A stretch of DNA of 64,000 nt from Candidatus Omnitrophota bacterium (GTDB lineage Bacteria > Omnitrophota > Omnitrophia > Omnitrophales > Omnitrophaceae): the NCBI GenBank assembly GCA_029561555.1, contig JAKQXH010000058.1, positions 2,949 to 66,948 on the forward strand, written 5' to 3'. Within the stretch, counting starts at the first letter, position 1. The number at the start of each line of letters is the position of its first letter. The notes below the pieces were generated by a model. The model worked only from the letters and a program-made list of their open reading frames with translations, did not search any database and had not been told where the DNA came from. The translations under genes and the position numbers were made by a program. Of the stretch, positions 46,253 to 55,012 are shown in pieces.

Positions 46253-46761
46253 TGCATTTCCCCGACCAGGCGCCGGTAAATTGCATAATCGCCGTCACTG
46301 AAACACACAAAAACGACCTTCTCGATTTCCGGCGTTCCCCCCAGAATCTCCCGGACCGTCTCGACCGCGATCCGGGAAGCCCGCTCAATGGGAAAGCGAT
46401 ACGCTCCCGTGCTGATGGAAGGGAATGCGATGCTCTTGATCCCGTGTTTCGCGGCCAATTCCATGGAATTCCGGTAACAGTCTCTCAGCAACGCCTCCTC
46501 CCGCCGGCCGCCTCCGTGCCAAACCGGTCCGGCCGTGTGGATCACATACTTCGCGGGAAGCCGGTAACCTTTGGTCATCCTGGCCTCTCCGGTCGGACAG
46601 CCTCCGATCCTCCGGCATTCTTCGAGCAGTTCCGGCCCCGCGGCCCGGTGAATCGCGCCGTCCACTCCGCCGCCGCCCAGCAAAGTGGTGTTCGCCGCGT
46701 TGACAATCGCTTCGACCGCCTGCCGGGTAATGTCTCCCCGAACCGATTCGATTTCCCCCAT
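46246..46761 (-). CDS. Macro domain protein (O-acetyl-ADP-ribose deacetylase, YmdB-like)
   Basis: [34 protein letters not shown] and VIHTAGPVW. Confidence 0.88.
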   Translation of the reverse strand: MGEIESVRGDITRQAVEAIVNAANTTLLGGGGVDGAIHRAAGPELLEECRRIGGCPTGEARMTKGYRLPAKYVIHTAGPVWHGGGRREEALLRDCYRNSMELAAKHGIKSIAFPSISTGAYRFPIERASRIAVETVREILGGTPEIEKVVFVCFSDGDYAIYRRLVGEMQC

Positions 46762-46907
46762 TTAATTCCCCCTAATCTTTTCCCGCGTTTTATTTTACCG
46801 CAAGACATCCCCCGGACGCGAGCCGTAAAACTTATTTCAATTTGCGGAATTTTTCCCTTTCGTGTATGCTTCTGCCGTTAAATCAACGGGAGAAATCACT
46901 TTAACTC

Positions 46908-47603
46908 ATGAACCGGGACACGATCGTTCACGTAAGCTATCAGGCGGCCTTTAACCATATCCCGGTTTCCGTTCCGCAAGAAATACGGGAAGAGCTGATC
47001 CGGAAGATCGGAAAAGAAACCGGAGCGACCCGGACTTTTTTCAAGGAAGACGGATACGGTTTCGAAAAGAAGGCGGACACGGATGAAATCCTGCGCGGCA
47101 ATTTCTTCCCGAATCAGATCATCCTTCTTCACGATTACCCTTCACAGCTCGAAAGCGCCAAGGCCTTCGCGGAAACCGCCAAGACCGTCCTCCTCCCGGC
47201 TCTGGATACCCTGCAAATCCCGGTGATTTTGCAGCAGATTTACATCGTCCGCATCCACGCCCGCCCTTACGGAACGGACGACGCCAGAGTCTTCATCGGC
47301 GAGCAGGTCCTGCGCCTGGACGGAGAGCGGACCGCGCTTTTTGCCCGCCCCATTCAGGGGGTCGGATTCCGCTTCATGTTTCCGATGGTGAACGACACCC
47401 CTTACTCGTTCGAAGTCCGCGTCGAGTCGGTCCCCGACAACAACAAGCTCCTCGTCCTGGAAAATCACTGTCAATACGGCGAGCCTCTGTCTCCGCAGGC
47501 AATCCGGGAGGGAGAAATCGAACGGCGCCTGAATCTTTCCATTGAATTTCTCCACGAAAACGCGGTCGCGTTCCTCGAGAAATTCAACGAACCCGGAGAC
47601 TGA
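46908..47603 (+). CDS. Hypothetical protein (231 aa)
   Basis: Longest ORF at this locus; the overlapping 78-aa minus-strand ORF is rejected. No motif recognised with confidence. Confidence 0.55.
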   Translation: MNRDTIVHVSYQAAFNHIPVSVPQEIREELIRKIGKETGATRTFFKEDGYGFEKKADTDEILRGNFFPNQIILLHDYPSQLESAKAFAETAKTVLLPALDTLQIPVILQQIYIVRIHARPYGTDDARVFIGEQVLRLDGERTALFARPIQGVGFRFMFPMVNDTPYSFEVRVESVPDNNKLLVLENHCQYGEPLSPQAIREGEIERRLNLSIEFLHENAVAFLEKFNEPGD

Positions 47604-47619
47604 TCCGGCGAAGATTGCC

Positions 47620-47649
47620 TTGACCGAATGTTCGGCGGGCGTTTATACT
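47620..47649 (+). promoter_or_regulatory. Candidate sigma-70 promoter (TTGACC-18 nt-TATACT) for the small peptide gene
   Basis: Read directly. Lies about 65 nt upstream of the ATG at 47713. Confidence 0.4.
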
Positions 47650-47712
47650 TTTTCGGGGTTTTCGTGAAACGATTTTACAGGACCTGAGCGGCATTATAAA
47701 AAGGAGAGCGCA

Positions 47713-47817
47713 ATGAACAAATGGTTGTTGGGAGTTTTCATTGTCTTCACAATCGCTTTTATCGTAACCGTCGCCATCGTGATCCCGCGGGTCGCCTACG
47801 TCGTCTGCAACCGCTGA
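47713..47817 (+). CDS. Orphan 34-aa hydrophobic single-TM peptide
   Basis: Below the ORF-track cutoff. Strong SD (AAAAGGAGAGCGCA-ATG). Translation: MNKWLLGVFIVFTIAFIVTVAIVIPRVAYVVCNR. Has its own candidate promoter and a downstream terminator. Confidence 0.4.
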   Translation: MNKWLLGVFIVFTIAFIVTVAIVIPRVAYVVCNR

Positions 47818-47895
47818 GGATCCTTGTCCCGGAAACGGGCACCCTCTCCGGATCAGGACCGAATACGGCTCTTCCCGGAAAAACGATCGATAAAA

Positions 47896-47919
47896 ATCCC
47901 CGGATTTTCATCCGGGGAT
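47896..47919. terminator. Bidirectional rho-independent terminator
   Basis: ATCCCCGGA-ttttca-TCCGGGGAT (9-bp stem), flanked by AAAAA upstream and TTTTATTT downstream. Lies directly after the mscS stop (minus strand) and downstream of the peptide gene (plus strand). Confidence 0.7.
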
Positions 47920-47921
47920 TT

Positions 47922-48743
47922 TTATTTGGAAAGTATTTTGACTTCCCGCTGAGGAAAGGGAATGTTCAATCCGGCCGCTTTGACCGCCCGGTAAACGGCG
48001 AGGCTGACGACGTGAGAAATCTGGAAGTATTTCCGGGTCGGAACCCAGTAGCGGAATTCGATGTTCACCGAAGAATCCCCGAAAGCCTGTATCCCGATTT
48101 GAGGAGGGGGTTGATCCGTCACCTCTTTAAAACCGGCCAGGACCTGCTGAATCACGCGAACCGCTTTCTCCGGATCGTCCCCGTAGCTGATCCCGATCAC
48201 GGACTCCACAACCTTGTTCGGTCCCGAATTCTGAATAATTTCCCCGACGATATGCTTGTTCGGGATCGTGATCTTCACGTTATCTTCGGTCACCAGGGTC
48301 GTCGACGCAAGCTTCACCTGGTCCACGACCCCGCTCACGCCGGTGACCGTGACGGTGTCCCCGATCACAAAAGGCCGGCCGAGAATGATCGCGATCCCCG
48401 CCCCGTAATTCGACAAGGGCCCCTGAATGGCGTACGTCGCGCCGAAGATCATCGCGCCGAGGGCCGCGATAAAAGGCGCGATGGTGATCCCGAATTTCCC
48501 CAAAGCGATGATCACCGCAAACCCGACGATCACGAGCTTGACAAGGCCGGCAAGAAATCCCGAGAACGTTACGTCCAGCTTCTTTTTCTCGAACAAAGCC
48601 AGAAGAAGCGCCGCCGTCCATTTGGCGATCATCCAGCCGAGGAAGAGGACAATGAGGGCCCCGACAACCTGGAAACTGTAGTTAACGGAAAATTCGATCA
48701 GGGTGTTGACCAGCTTCTGGATGGCCGAAATCTCGTTTCCCAT
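47922..48743 (-). CDS. mscS: Small-conductance mechanosensitive channel (MscS family)
   Basis: Three N-terminal TM segments and the conserved beta domain (RPFVIGDTVTVTGVSGVVDQVKLASTTLVTEDN). Confidence 0.88.
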   Translation of the reverse strand: MGNEISAIQKLVNTLIEFSVNYSFQVVGALIVLFLGWMIAKWTAALLLALFEKKKLDVTFSGFLAGLVKLVIVGFAVIIALGKFGITIAPFIAALGAMIFGATYAIQGPLSNYGAGIAIILGRPFVIGDTVTVTGVSGVVDQVKLASTTLVTEDNVKITIPNKHIVGEIIQNSGPNKVVESVIGISYGDDPEKAVRVIQQVLAGFKEVTDQPPPQIGIQAFGDSSVNIEFRYWVPTRKYFQISHVVSLAVYRAVKAAGLNIPFPQREVKILSK

Positions 48744-48768
48744 TGTCCTCTCCCTTTATTGCCGTTTT

Positions 48769-49713
48769 TTATTTGGCGGTTTTTTCTTCGCCGGTCTTGG
48801 CGAAAGGATTCACCGATTTCAGACCGCTGGTCAGCCCTTTGGCTACCGAACCCAATTCTTCCGCCGTCTTTTTAGCGACATCCTTGACTTCTCCGGCCAC
48901 CTGTTGGGCGTTGCCGGAAGTCTGTTTGAGCGTGTCAACCGCGGACGCGCCGACCTGCTGGGCCTGCTGAGCCGTTTGTTTCAGGCTTTCTTCCGTTTTA
49001 GCGGTCACATCCCCCACGATTTTCGCGGAAGATCCCACCATCCCCGAAACCGACCCCTTCAGGCTGTCGACGTCAAAATTCGTCAGCGTTGCGATGGTGC
49101 TGTTCGTCATCGCCTTCAGCACGATCAGGCTCACGATGGCGTTGAAGTTTTTGACATCGGAGTATTTTTCGTCGATCTTAATGTTGAACTCGCTGACGGA
49201 AGGCGCCGCCCCCGTCGAATAGTCCTTAAAAACGACTTTGTCGATCTTGAGCTCCAGGCTGTCGATCCGCATCTCGGCGGGCTTCCCTTTCTCCTCCGGT
49301 TTCGCGGCCGGAGTTTTCGCCGCGCCCTCCTGAGCCTTGATGCCTTTGATTTCGTTCAGGTTTAGCTTCCCCGACTGGTTCTTCACGATCAGGAACTCCT
49401 TCAGATTGATCCGGATCGCGGGGACATGAATCTTCCCCTTCAGCAGAGAGCGCACCGAAATGTCAAAGTAGATTTCAGGGATGTCCGCCATAACTTTATC
49501 CTCATACCCCTGAGGATTGCCCACTTTCATGTCCCGGATGTGGACCAAAACATTCCGGAGTCCGATATGCAGGCTCCCGATATGAAGCGGCAGCCCGGTC
49601 GCGATGCGAACGCCGTTTTCCACAGCCACTTTAGCCACCGCGTCCCTCAACACCACCAATCCTAAAAAAGCCACTAATAAAATCCCGACCAGCATTAAAA
49701 GCGTTTTCTTCAT
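48769..49713 (-). CDS. Membrane-anchored hypothetical protein with amphipathic repeat-rich C-terminus
   Basis: Trimmed to MKKTLLMLVGILLVAFLGLVV. The central beta-rich region is AsmA/DUF748-like by eye. The C-terminus (KQTAQQAQQVGASAVDTLKQTSGNAQQVAGEVKDVAKKTAEE) is LEA/YtxH-like. Confidence 0.55.
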   Translation of the reverse strand: MKKTLLMLVGILLVAFLGLVVLRDAVAKVAVENGVRIATGLPLHIGSLHIGLRNVLVHIRDMKVGNPQGYEDKVMADIPEIYFDISVRSLLKGKIHVPAIRINLKEFLIVKNQSGKLNLNEIKGIKAQEGAAKTPAAKPEEKGKPAEMRIDSLELKIDKVVFKDYSTGAAPSVSEFNIKIDEKYSDVKNFNAIVSLIVLKAMTNSTIATLTNFDVDSLKGSVSGMVGSSAKIVGDVTAKTEESLKQTAQQAQQVGASAVDTLKQTSGNAQQVAGEVKDVAKKTAEELGSVAKGLTSGLKSVNPFAKTGEEKTAK

Positions 49714-49876
49714 CGCAAGCACTCCTTTTCCTTTGCCTAAAGACCGAGTTTTCTTCACATGCTTATGACAGCAACAATCCGGTTCCCGTTTCATTTGCAT
49801 TAGTTTACTAAAGAAATAACGGCCCTTTCCATTTATTTCTGCACTTTTTTCGGCCCGTCAGCCCCTCCGGTCCGTT

Positions 49877-51040
49877 TCAAATCCCCCGGCCGGTTTTCTC
49901 TTCCGGTTTCAAAGATTCAACCCATTCGAACCCCAACCGCCCCGGCTTCACCGAAACCGTCATCGCGGTTTTCCCGGGAACAACCGATAGATAGATTTCC
50001 TTTTTAACCCTCATCCGTTCAACCCGTTTTCCATCACGCCAGGACCCCAGTTCCGCATAGTAAGTCGTTCCGGAATCGGATTCTTTTTTATATTTCTCAA
50101 TCACCGGCACCGATTCGAAAACCGCCGGACTTTCCAGGTCCGCAAAACCGTTCCAGAAAGTCATAAACCCAAATCCGGATAAGAGATATGCGGTCACGGA
50201 CATGCTCAGGAGAATCAGAAGTTCCCGGTGAGAAGCCGCCCTCCCTTTGAGCCATTGAAACGAAAGCCACAAAAACAAAATTAATGAAGGAAGGCTGTAC
50301 CGGAGTGATTTCAGGAAAAGTTCCGGCCAATCCAGAGGCCGGTAAAATTCCATCCCAAATACGGCCGAAAGTCCTCCCGCAATGAAAAGAAAAATCGGGA
50401 CCCCGAAGCACAGGATTCTCTTTTTTTTGACCCCGGCAGAATCGGGATTCAGAGAGCGTTGAAAAAACAAAGGCATGTCTTTCGCGAGGGCTTCCATTTC
50501 GCCGGCGGCTTTTTCGATAAACGTCAGATCCGTATCGTCCTTTAATTCGAAAGGGCTCCATTTCACTTCCAGCGTCTTTCCGTTATGCCGGACTTCGGCA
50601 ATGCCCGAAGCGAAAAGACGGCGGATGGCCTGCCGTCTGGGGCTTTCCGAAAAATAGGCCTTCGAAAAATCAACGGCATCGGTCAGAATATAGAAATCCC
50701 GGTCGAAATCAGGGTCCCCGGTTTGAATTTCTTTCGAGACGCCGAGTTTTTTAAAAAAAACGTCGAACGCGTTTTCCTTGACGACCCGGAACCCGCCCTT
50801 GGACGGACAGGCAACGGAAATTCTGAAATAGGAAGGGATGTTCTCCCCGCCCGAGGAATATTCGTGAGTGTATTCGACGCCGCCGTAATTTCCTTTCCAA
50901 TTTCTGTTAACCGCGCCGCCCCGCATTTTGGCGAAAAAACCTTTCCCGGTCTCCCCCTTCCGCCTCCTTTGAATCCACATCACGGCCAAAACCCCGGCAA
51001 TCATCACGCCGTAGACCAGAAGAAAAAAATCGATATTCAT
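49877..51040 (-). CDS. Polytopic membrane protein, hypothetical (387 aa)
   Basis: An N-terminal TM, a soluble region, about 4 further TM segments, and a beta-rich C-terminal domain. No family recognised. Confidence 0.55.
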   Translation of the reverse strand: MNIDFFLLVYGVMIAGVLAVMWIQRRRKGETGKGFFAKMRGGAVNRNWKGNYGGVEYTHEYSSGGENIPSYFRISVACPSKGGFRVVKENAFDVFFKKLGVSKEIQTGDPDFDRDFYILTDAVDFSKAYFSESPRRQAIRRLFASGIAEVRHNGKTLEVKWSPFELKDDTDLTFIEKAAGEMEALAKDMPLFFQRSLNPDSAGVKKKRILCFGVPIFLFIAGGLSAVFGMEFYRPLDWPELFLKSLRYSLPSLILFLWLSFQWLKGRAASHRELLILLSMSVTAYLLSGFGFMTFWNGFADLESPAVFESVPVIEKYKKESDSGTTYYAELGSWRDGKRVERMRVKKEIYLSVVPGKTAMTVSVKPGRLGFEWVESLKPEEKTGRGI

Positions 51041-51055
51041 CGTGAACCTTCCGGG

Positions 51056-51574
51056 TCAGCCCTCAAACTTCCTTTTACCGAAAATCATCTCAAGATACGA
51101 GCGGGGTTCCTTGTCCCGATCCCCGAGCCCCAATCTTGCGGCGACTTTCCGTATTTTTTCCGGAGCCCCTTCGATTTCAAGAAAGCGCCCGAAACGGGGG
51201 ACTCGGTCCAGCGTGATCGTGCAGGAAGAAAGCAGGTATTCTTCGCGGTATTTCCGGTAAGAAACGGTTTTCCTGAAGCCCGTCATCTTCAAAATCTGCT
51301 CCATCTTCCCGAAATCAACGGCCGTCTCGATCTCCATCCTTCTCGAATAGTGTTTCCGCTTCATCCTGGGGCCTTTTAGCGTCAACCGTCCCTTTCCGGA
51401 AAATTCCCTCAAACGAAGCACCTGCTTTCGAAACCGGAGCATCCCTTCCCGGTCAAACAGCGCGTTATACTCGGTCCCTCCGGACAGCTTCCGGGCGCCG
51501 AAGGCCCGAAGTCTCCGGCGCATTGCGGAAAGGTTTTTCAACCGATACTTCTGTTCAATCTCATATGAAATCAT
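51056..51574 (-). CDS. CYTH domain protein (class IV adenylate cyclase / triphosphate tunnel metalloenzyme family)
   Basis: Trimmed to MISYEIEQKYRL, which contains the ExExK signature. Also RLREFSGKGRLTLKG and ITLDRVPRFGRFLEIE. Confidence 0.8.
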   Translation of the reverse strand: MISYEIEQKYRLKNLSAMRRRLRAFGARKLSGGTEYNALFDREGMLRFRKQVLRLREFSGKGRLTLKGPRMKRKHYSRRMEIETAVDFGKMEQILKMTGFRKTVSYRKYREEYLLSSCTITLDRVPRFGRFLEIEGAPEKIRKVAARLGLGDRDKEPRSYLEMIFGKRKFEG

Positions 51575-51634
51575 GGCTGGTTTATTCCTTCCACCCACTT
51601 CTACAAAAATGCTCCGAATCGCGGCAATTTCGGT

Positions 51635-52000
51635 TTAGGAAGAAAGAGGGGTACTCATTTCGACCTGAGTCTCGACGCTCATCAGCTCCTGTTCCGCCAG
51701 ATCCGAGGCGGAAGGCTTCATGAACAAATTCAGCAGCACACCGATGAAAACAGCGATAATGGCAAGAATGGCAAGAAAAAGAATTTTTTTCTTCAGTTCG
51801 GATATCCCGATCTGCCGTTTCGAAAACCATTTATTGCCGCAGGTCTTGCAATAGCGCCGTTTACTGCCCCGCATGAACCTTTCGAAATTGCGCCACCACA
51901 CCGAGCTGTAACGGATCTGATCGCCGCCGCATTTGGGACAGCTGTCGGAGGTAATGGAAAAGGTCTGGCTCAGATATCTCAGAATAGACGATTTACCCAT
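51635..52000 (-). CDS. Zinc-ribbon plus single-TM protein, paralog 1 (121 aa)
   Basis: Trimmed to MGKSS, with SD GGAAGGGAGA upstream. Contains CPKCGGDQIRYSS..WR...RGSKRRYCKTCGNKW followed by a TM (ILFLAILAIIAVFIGVLLNLF). Confidence 0.55.
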   Translation of the reverse strand: MGKSSILRYLSQTFSITSDSCPKCGGDQIRYSSVWWRNFERFMRGSKRRYCKTCGNKWFSKRQIGISELKKKILFLAILAIIAVFIGVLLNLFMKPSASDLAEQELMSVETQVEMSTPLSS

Positions 52001-52068
52001 TTCATCTCCCTTCCTCTGCCGGAATGGCTTCCCCGGATTCGCCGGCCCTTCGCAGGAAACGCCGCTTT

Positions 52069-52461
52069 TTAATGGGATCCGTAATCCGCTTCCGCCCCGC
52101 TCCGGGCATGATAGAGTTTCCCCCAATCCTGCCAGAGTTTTTTTCGGCTGTCGCCTCCGTAGGTCTTGTCGTACTGATTGACCACCTGGCTTTTGACCCA
52201 ATCGACGGGATTGAACGAAGTGGTCGCCATCAACGCAATCATCAAAGCGGCCGTAACGCCGAGAACAATCAGGACCGTCATTTTGAATGAAACCGGAAAG
52301 ACCGTCTTATCAACCCCCACCCATCGTTCTTCGCAGGACCGGCAATAACGCCTCCGGCTCCCCCGAAGACGCCGCAGCATGTCCCGCCACGGAGAAGAAC
52401 TGTAGCAGAGATCGGAGCTGCCGCATTTGGGACATTTTTCGGAAATTTTGCCGAACATCAT
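52069..52461 (-). CDS. Zinc-ribbon plus single-TM protein, paralog 2 (130 aa)
   Basis: Start at MMFGK, with SD GGGAGGGGAA upstream. Contains CPKCGSSDLCYSS..WR...RGSRRRYCRSCEERW followed by a TM (MTVLIVLGVTAALMIALMA). Confidence 0.55.
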   Translation of the reverse strand: MMFGKISEKCPKCGSSDLCYSSSPWRDMLRRLRGSRRRYCRSCEERWVGVDKTVFPVSFKMTVLIVLGVTAALMIALMATTSFNPVDWVKSQVVNQYDKTYGGDSRKKLWQDWGKLYHARSGAEADYGSH

Positions 52462-52525
52462 TTCCCCTCCCGGCCCCTTCACCCGGTCATTTATGAATCC
52501 TAAAGATTTCGATTTTCTTTCCCCG

Positions 52526-53062
52526 TCACAAATCTTTCAGGCGCGGGTATTTCTGATCCCTTTCGGAAAGAGCGTATTCCCGGTCCAGCCGCGGCCATTC
52601 GATTCCGAGATCGGGATCGTTCCAAAGGAGCCCCCGCTCATGCCGGGGGGAGTAAAAATTGGTGACCTTGTACAGGACCTCGCTCCCGTCCGTCAGCGAG
52701 CAATACCCGTGCGCGAATCCGGCCGGGATAAAAAGCATTTTCCTGTTTTTCTCGCCGAGCGTGACGCCCACATGCTTCCCGAAAGTTTCCGATCCCTTCC
52801 GGATATCCACCGCCACGTCGAAAATCTCGCCGCGAACGGCCCGGATCAGCTTCCCCTGGGCCATCGGTTCGATCTGATAGTGAAGCCCCCGCAAAATCCC
52901 CCGGTGGGAACGCACATGATTGTCCTGGACAAAATCGGAAGGGAGCCCTTCTGTCGCGAAGACCTTCTGATTGTAGGATTCGTAAAAAAAACCCCGCGAA
53001 TCCTCAAACAGACCGGGTTCGATCAGTACCACATCGGGCACGCTCATTCTGATGAATTTCAC
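52526..53062 (-). CDS. rfbC: dTDP-4-dehydrorhamnose 3,5-epimerase
   Basis: VVLIEPGLFEDSRGFFYESYN and VQDNHVRSHRGILRGLHYQ. The start is uncertain (GTG at 53062 preferred; the ORF track gives an ATG at 53131). Confidence 0.85.
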   Translation of the reverse strand: MKFIRMSVPDVVLIEPGLFEDSRGFFYESYNQKVFATEGLPSDFVQDNHVRSHRGILRGLHYQIEPMAQGKLIRAVRGEIFDVAVDIRKGSETFGKHVGVTLGEKNRKMLFIPAGFAHGYCSLTDGSEVLYKVTNFYSPRHERGLLWNDPDLGIEWPRLDREYALSERDQKYPRLKDL

Positions 53063-53188
53063 GTCTCGGTCATCCTTTCTTGCCCGGTTATTATACACTT
53101 CCCCGGCACGTTTCTGATATCCAAAAATCATCTCCGATCTTGCTGCGGTTTCGACTCAAAACGGGTAGAATAACCGCGGAGAAATTTC

Positions 53189-53464
53189 ATGAACAAACGG
53201 CTCGAAATCCTTTTCGGCGGAACCGTCCAGGGCGTCGGGTTCCGCTACGCGACGGAGCGGATCGCCGCTCATTTCAACGTCACCGGTTACGTGCGAAACC
53301 TCCCGTCCGGAAAGGTTGAAGTCATCGCGGAAGGGACGGAGACGGAACTGAAGGATTTTCTTACCGCGGTCCGCGAATCGGAAATGGCCCGTTACATCCG
53401 GGACGTCCGGCCGGAATGGTCCCCGCCGACGGGCGAATTCAAATTTTTCGGCATACGGTACTAG
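53189..53464 (+). CDS. acyP: Acylphosphatase
   Basis: GTVQGVGFRYATERIAAHFNVTGYVRNLPSGKVEVIAEG is the classic acylphosphatase signature. 91 aa. Confidence 0.88.
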   Translation: MNKRLEILFGGTVQGVGFRYATERIAAHFNVTGYVRNLPSGKVEVIAEGTETELKDFLTAVRESEMARYIRDVRPEWSPPTGEFKFFGIRY

Positions 53465-53472
53465 ACCTCGCC

Positions 53473-53982
53473 ATGCCCCGGGAAAAGCCCGAAAAACGAA
53501 GCGTCGCATCGGTTATTTTCTTCGGCCGGAAGAACCGGGTCCTTCTCCAGCAGAGGGATCAAAATCCGCGCATCCCGTTTCCCGGCCGCTGGGTGCTCTT
53601 CGGCGGGGCCTTGGAACCCGGCGAAACACCCCGCCAAGCCGCCCGCCGGGAAATGAAGGAAGAACTGAATCTCACGCTCGAGGCCCAAAAACTCCGGCTT
53701 TTCGGGAAATTTTTCACCCGCTTCGCGACGGAATATATTTTCACCTATCCGATTCCGTTTCCCCTCCGGGGGCTGAAATTGACCGAAGGGCAAAAAATGG
53801 CGGTTTTCCCGAAAACAAAAATCCGAAAATTAAAAATGGGGTTCTGTGACAAAGAAATCCTGAAAGAATATTTCCTCAGCGCTTCCGCCTCTTCGTCTTT
53901 TCGATTTCAGGAGGGAATCTCAAGACGTCGAAAGGCCGGATGTCGAAAGAAAGCGGTTTCTTTAAGATCGTCTCGGCAATGA
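53473..53982 (+). CDS. NUDIX hydrolase
   Basis: Trimmed to MPREKPEK. Nudix box GGALEPGETPRQAARREMKEELNL. The 3' end overlaps the convergent thiO-like gene by 107 nt. Confidence 0.75.
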   Translation: MPREKPEKRSVASVIFFGRKNRVLLQQRDQNPRIPFPGRWVLFGGALEPGETPRQAARREMKEELNLTLEAQKLRLFGKFFTRFATEYIFTYPIPFPLRGLKLTEGQKMAVFPKTKIRKLKMGFCDKEILKEYFLSASASSSFRFQEGISRRRKAGCRKKAVSLRSSRQ

Positions 53983-55012
53983 CTTTCGCCGTGATCGGAG
54001 CGAGCAGGATGCCGTTCCGGAAATGCCCGACCGCAAGGACCAATCCCCCGACGGGCGTGTCCCCCAAAATCGGCTGATTGTCCCGGGATCGGGGCCTCAA
54101 TCCCGCCCGGGCCTCGCAGAAACGGAAAGGCGCGGGATCCCCGCTGATTTTAACGAGCCCCCCGCTTAATTTCCGAATCCCCTTCGCCGTCACCCGCTTA
54201 TCGTAACCGGCGGACTCGACGGTGGAACCGACCAGCACTTTCCCGTCCCGGCGGGTCACCGCGTAAGTTCCCGGGATATGAAGCACCCGGCGAAAACACG
54301 GCCGGTCCTGATCAAAAAGGAGAATCTGTCCCCGAGAAGGCTTGAGGGGAATGCGAAAAGGAAGCGACGGATCAAAATTGCCCCAGGCACCGGCTGCGTT
54401 CACCGCAACGGGTGCGTTCAAAACGCCTTCCCGCGTCTCGACCCCCGTGATTTTTCCGTTCTCGATTCGGAATTTCAGAGCGGGGTTATGCTCGAAAATT
54501 TCCGCGCCGAGTTTTTCGGCAAGTTTTTTCACCGCGCAGACCAGCCGCTCGTTATTCACCTGGCAATCTTCCGGGAAATAAATTCCGTTCAACGCCCCGG
54601 CCGCGACACAGGGCTCCAGCTCCCTGACCCGGTCCGGGGGAAGCCATTCGGCTTTGACTCCCGCGTCGACCTGCCACCGGTACCGCTGCTCAAGCGCTTC
54701 CTTTTCCTCCTGATCAAAGGCGACGTACAGAAGCTCGGAACGGAAAAAATCCGTATCGATACCGGTCTCCTGTTCCGTCCGTCCGATAAAATCCGGGAAA
54801 ATTTCAAGCGCCCGCCGGAGAAAACCGAAAAAAGGCGTCCTGAGCCGGGGCCCCGCATGCGGCGCCAGGACTCCCGCCGCGGCCGTCGAGGCCTCCTGCC
54901 CGCAGGCCTCCCGCTCAACGACCGCGACCGAAAGCTTTGCCTCGCGAAGCTCACAGGCAATGCAAAGCCCGACCAACCCTCCGCCGACCACGACCGCGTC
55001 AAAATTTTTCAT
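53876..55012 (-). CDS. thiO: FAD-dependent glycine oxidase-like oxidoreductase (DAO family, ThiO-like)
   Basis: FDAVVVGGGLVGLCIACEL dinucleotide-binding motif. The 378-aa size and C-terminal GHFRNGILLAP are typical of ThiO/DAO enzymes. Confidence 0.6.
   Translation of the reverse strand: MKNFDAVVVGGGLVGLCIACELREAKLSVAVVEREACGQEASTAAAGVLAPHAGPRLRTPFFGFLRRALEIFPDFIGRTEQETGIDTDFFRSELLYVAFDQEEKEALEQRYRWQVDAGVKAEWLPPDRVRELEPCVAAGALNGIYFPEDCQVNNERLVCAVKKLAEKLGAEIFEHNPALKFRIENGKITGVETREGVLNAPVAVNAAGAWGNFDPSLPFRIPLKPSRGQILLFDQDRPCFRRVLHIPGTYAVTRRDGKVLVGSTVESAGYDKRVTAKGIRKLSGGLVKISGDPAPFRFCEARAGLRPRSRDNQPILGDTPVGGLVLAVGHFRNGILLAPITAKVIAETILKKPLSFDIRPFDVLRFPPEIEKTKRRKR

Noticed and set aside
46896-47132. 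78-aa minus-strand ORF.
   Set aside because: It lies entirely inside and antisense to the longer 231-aa plus-strand ORF, and it has no SD.
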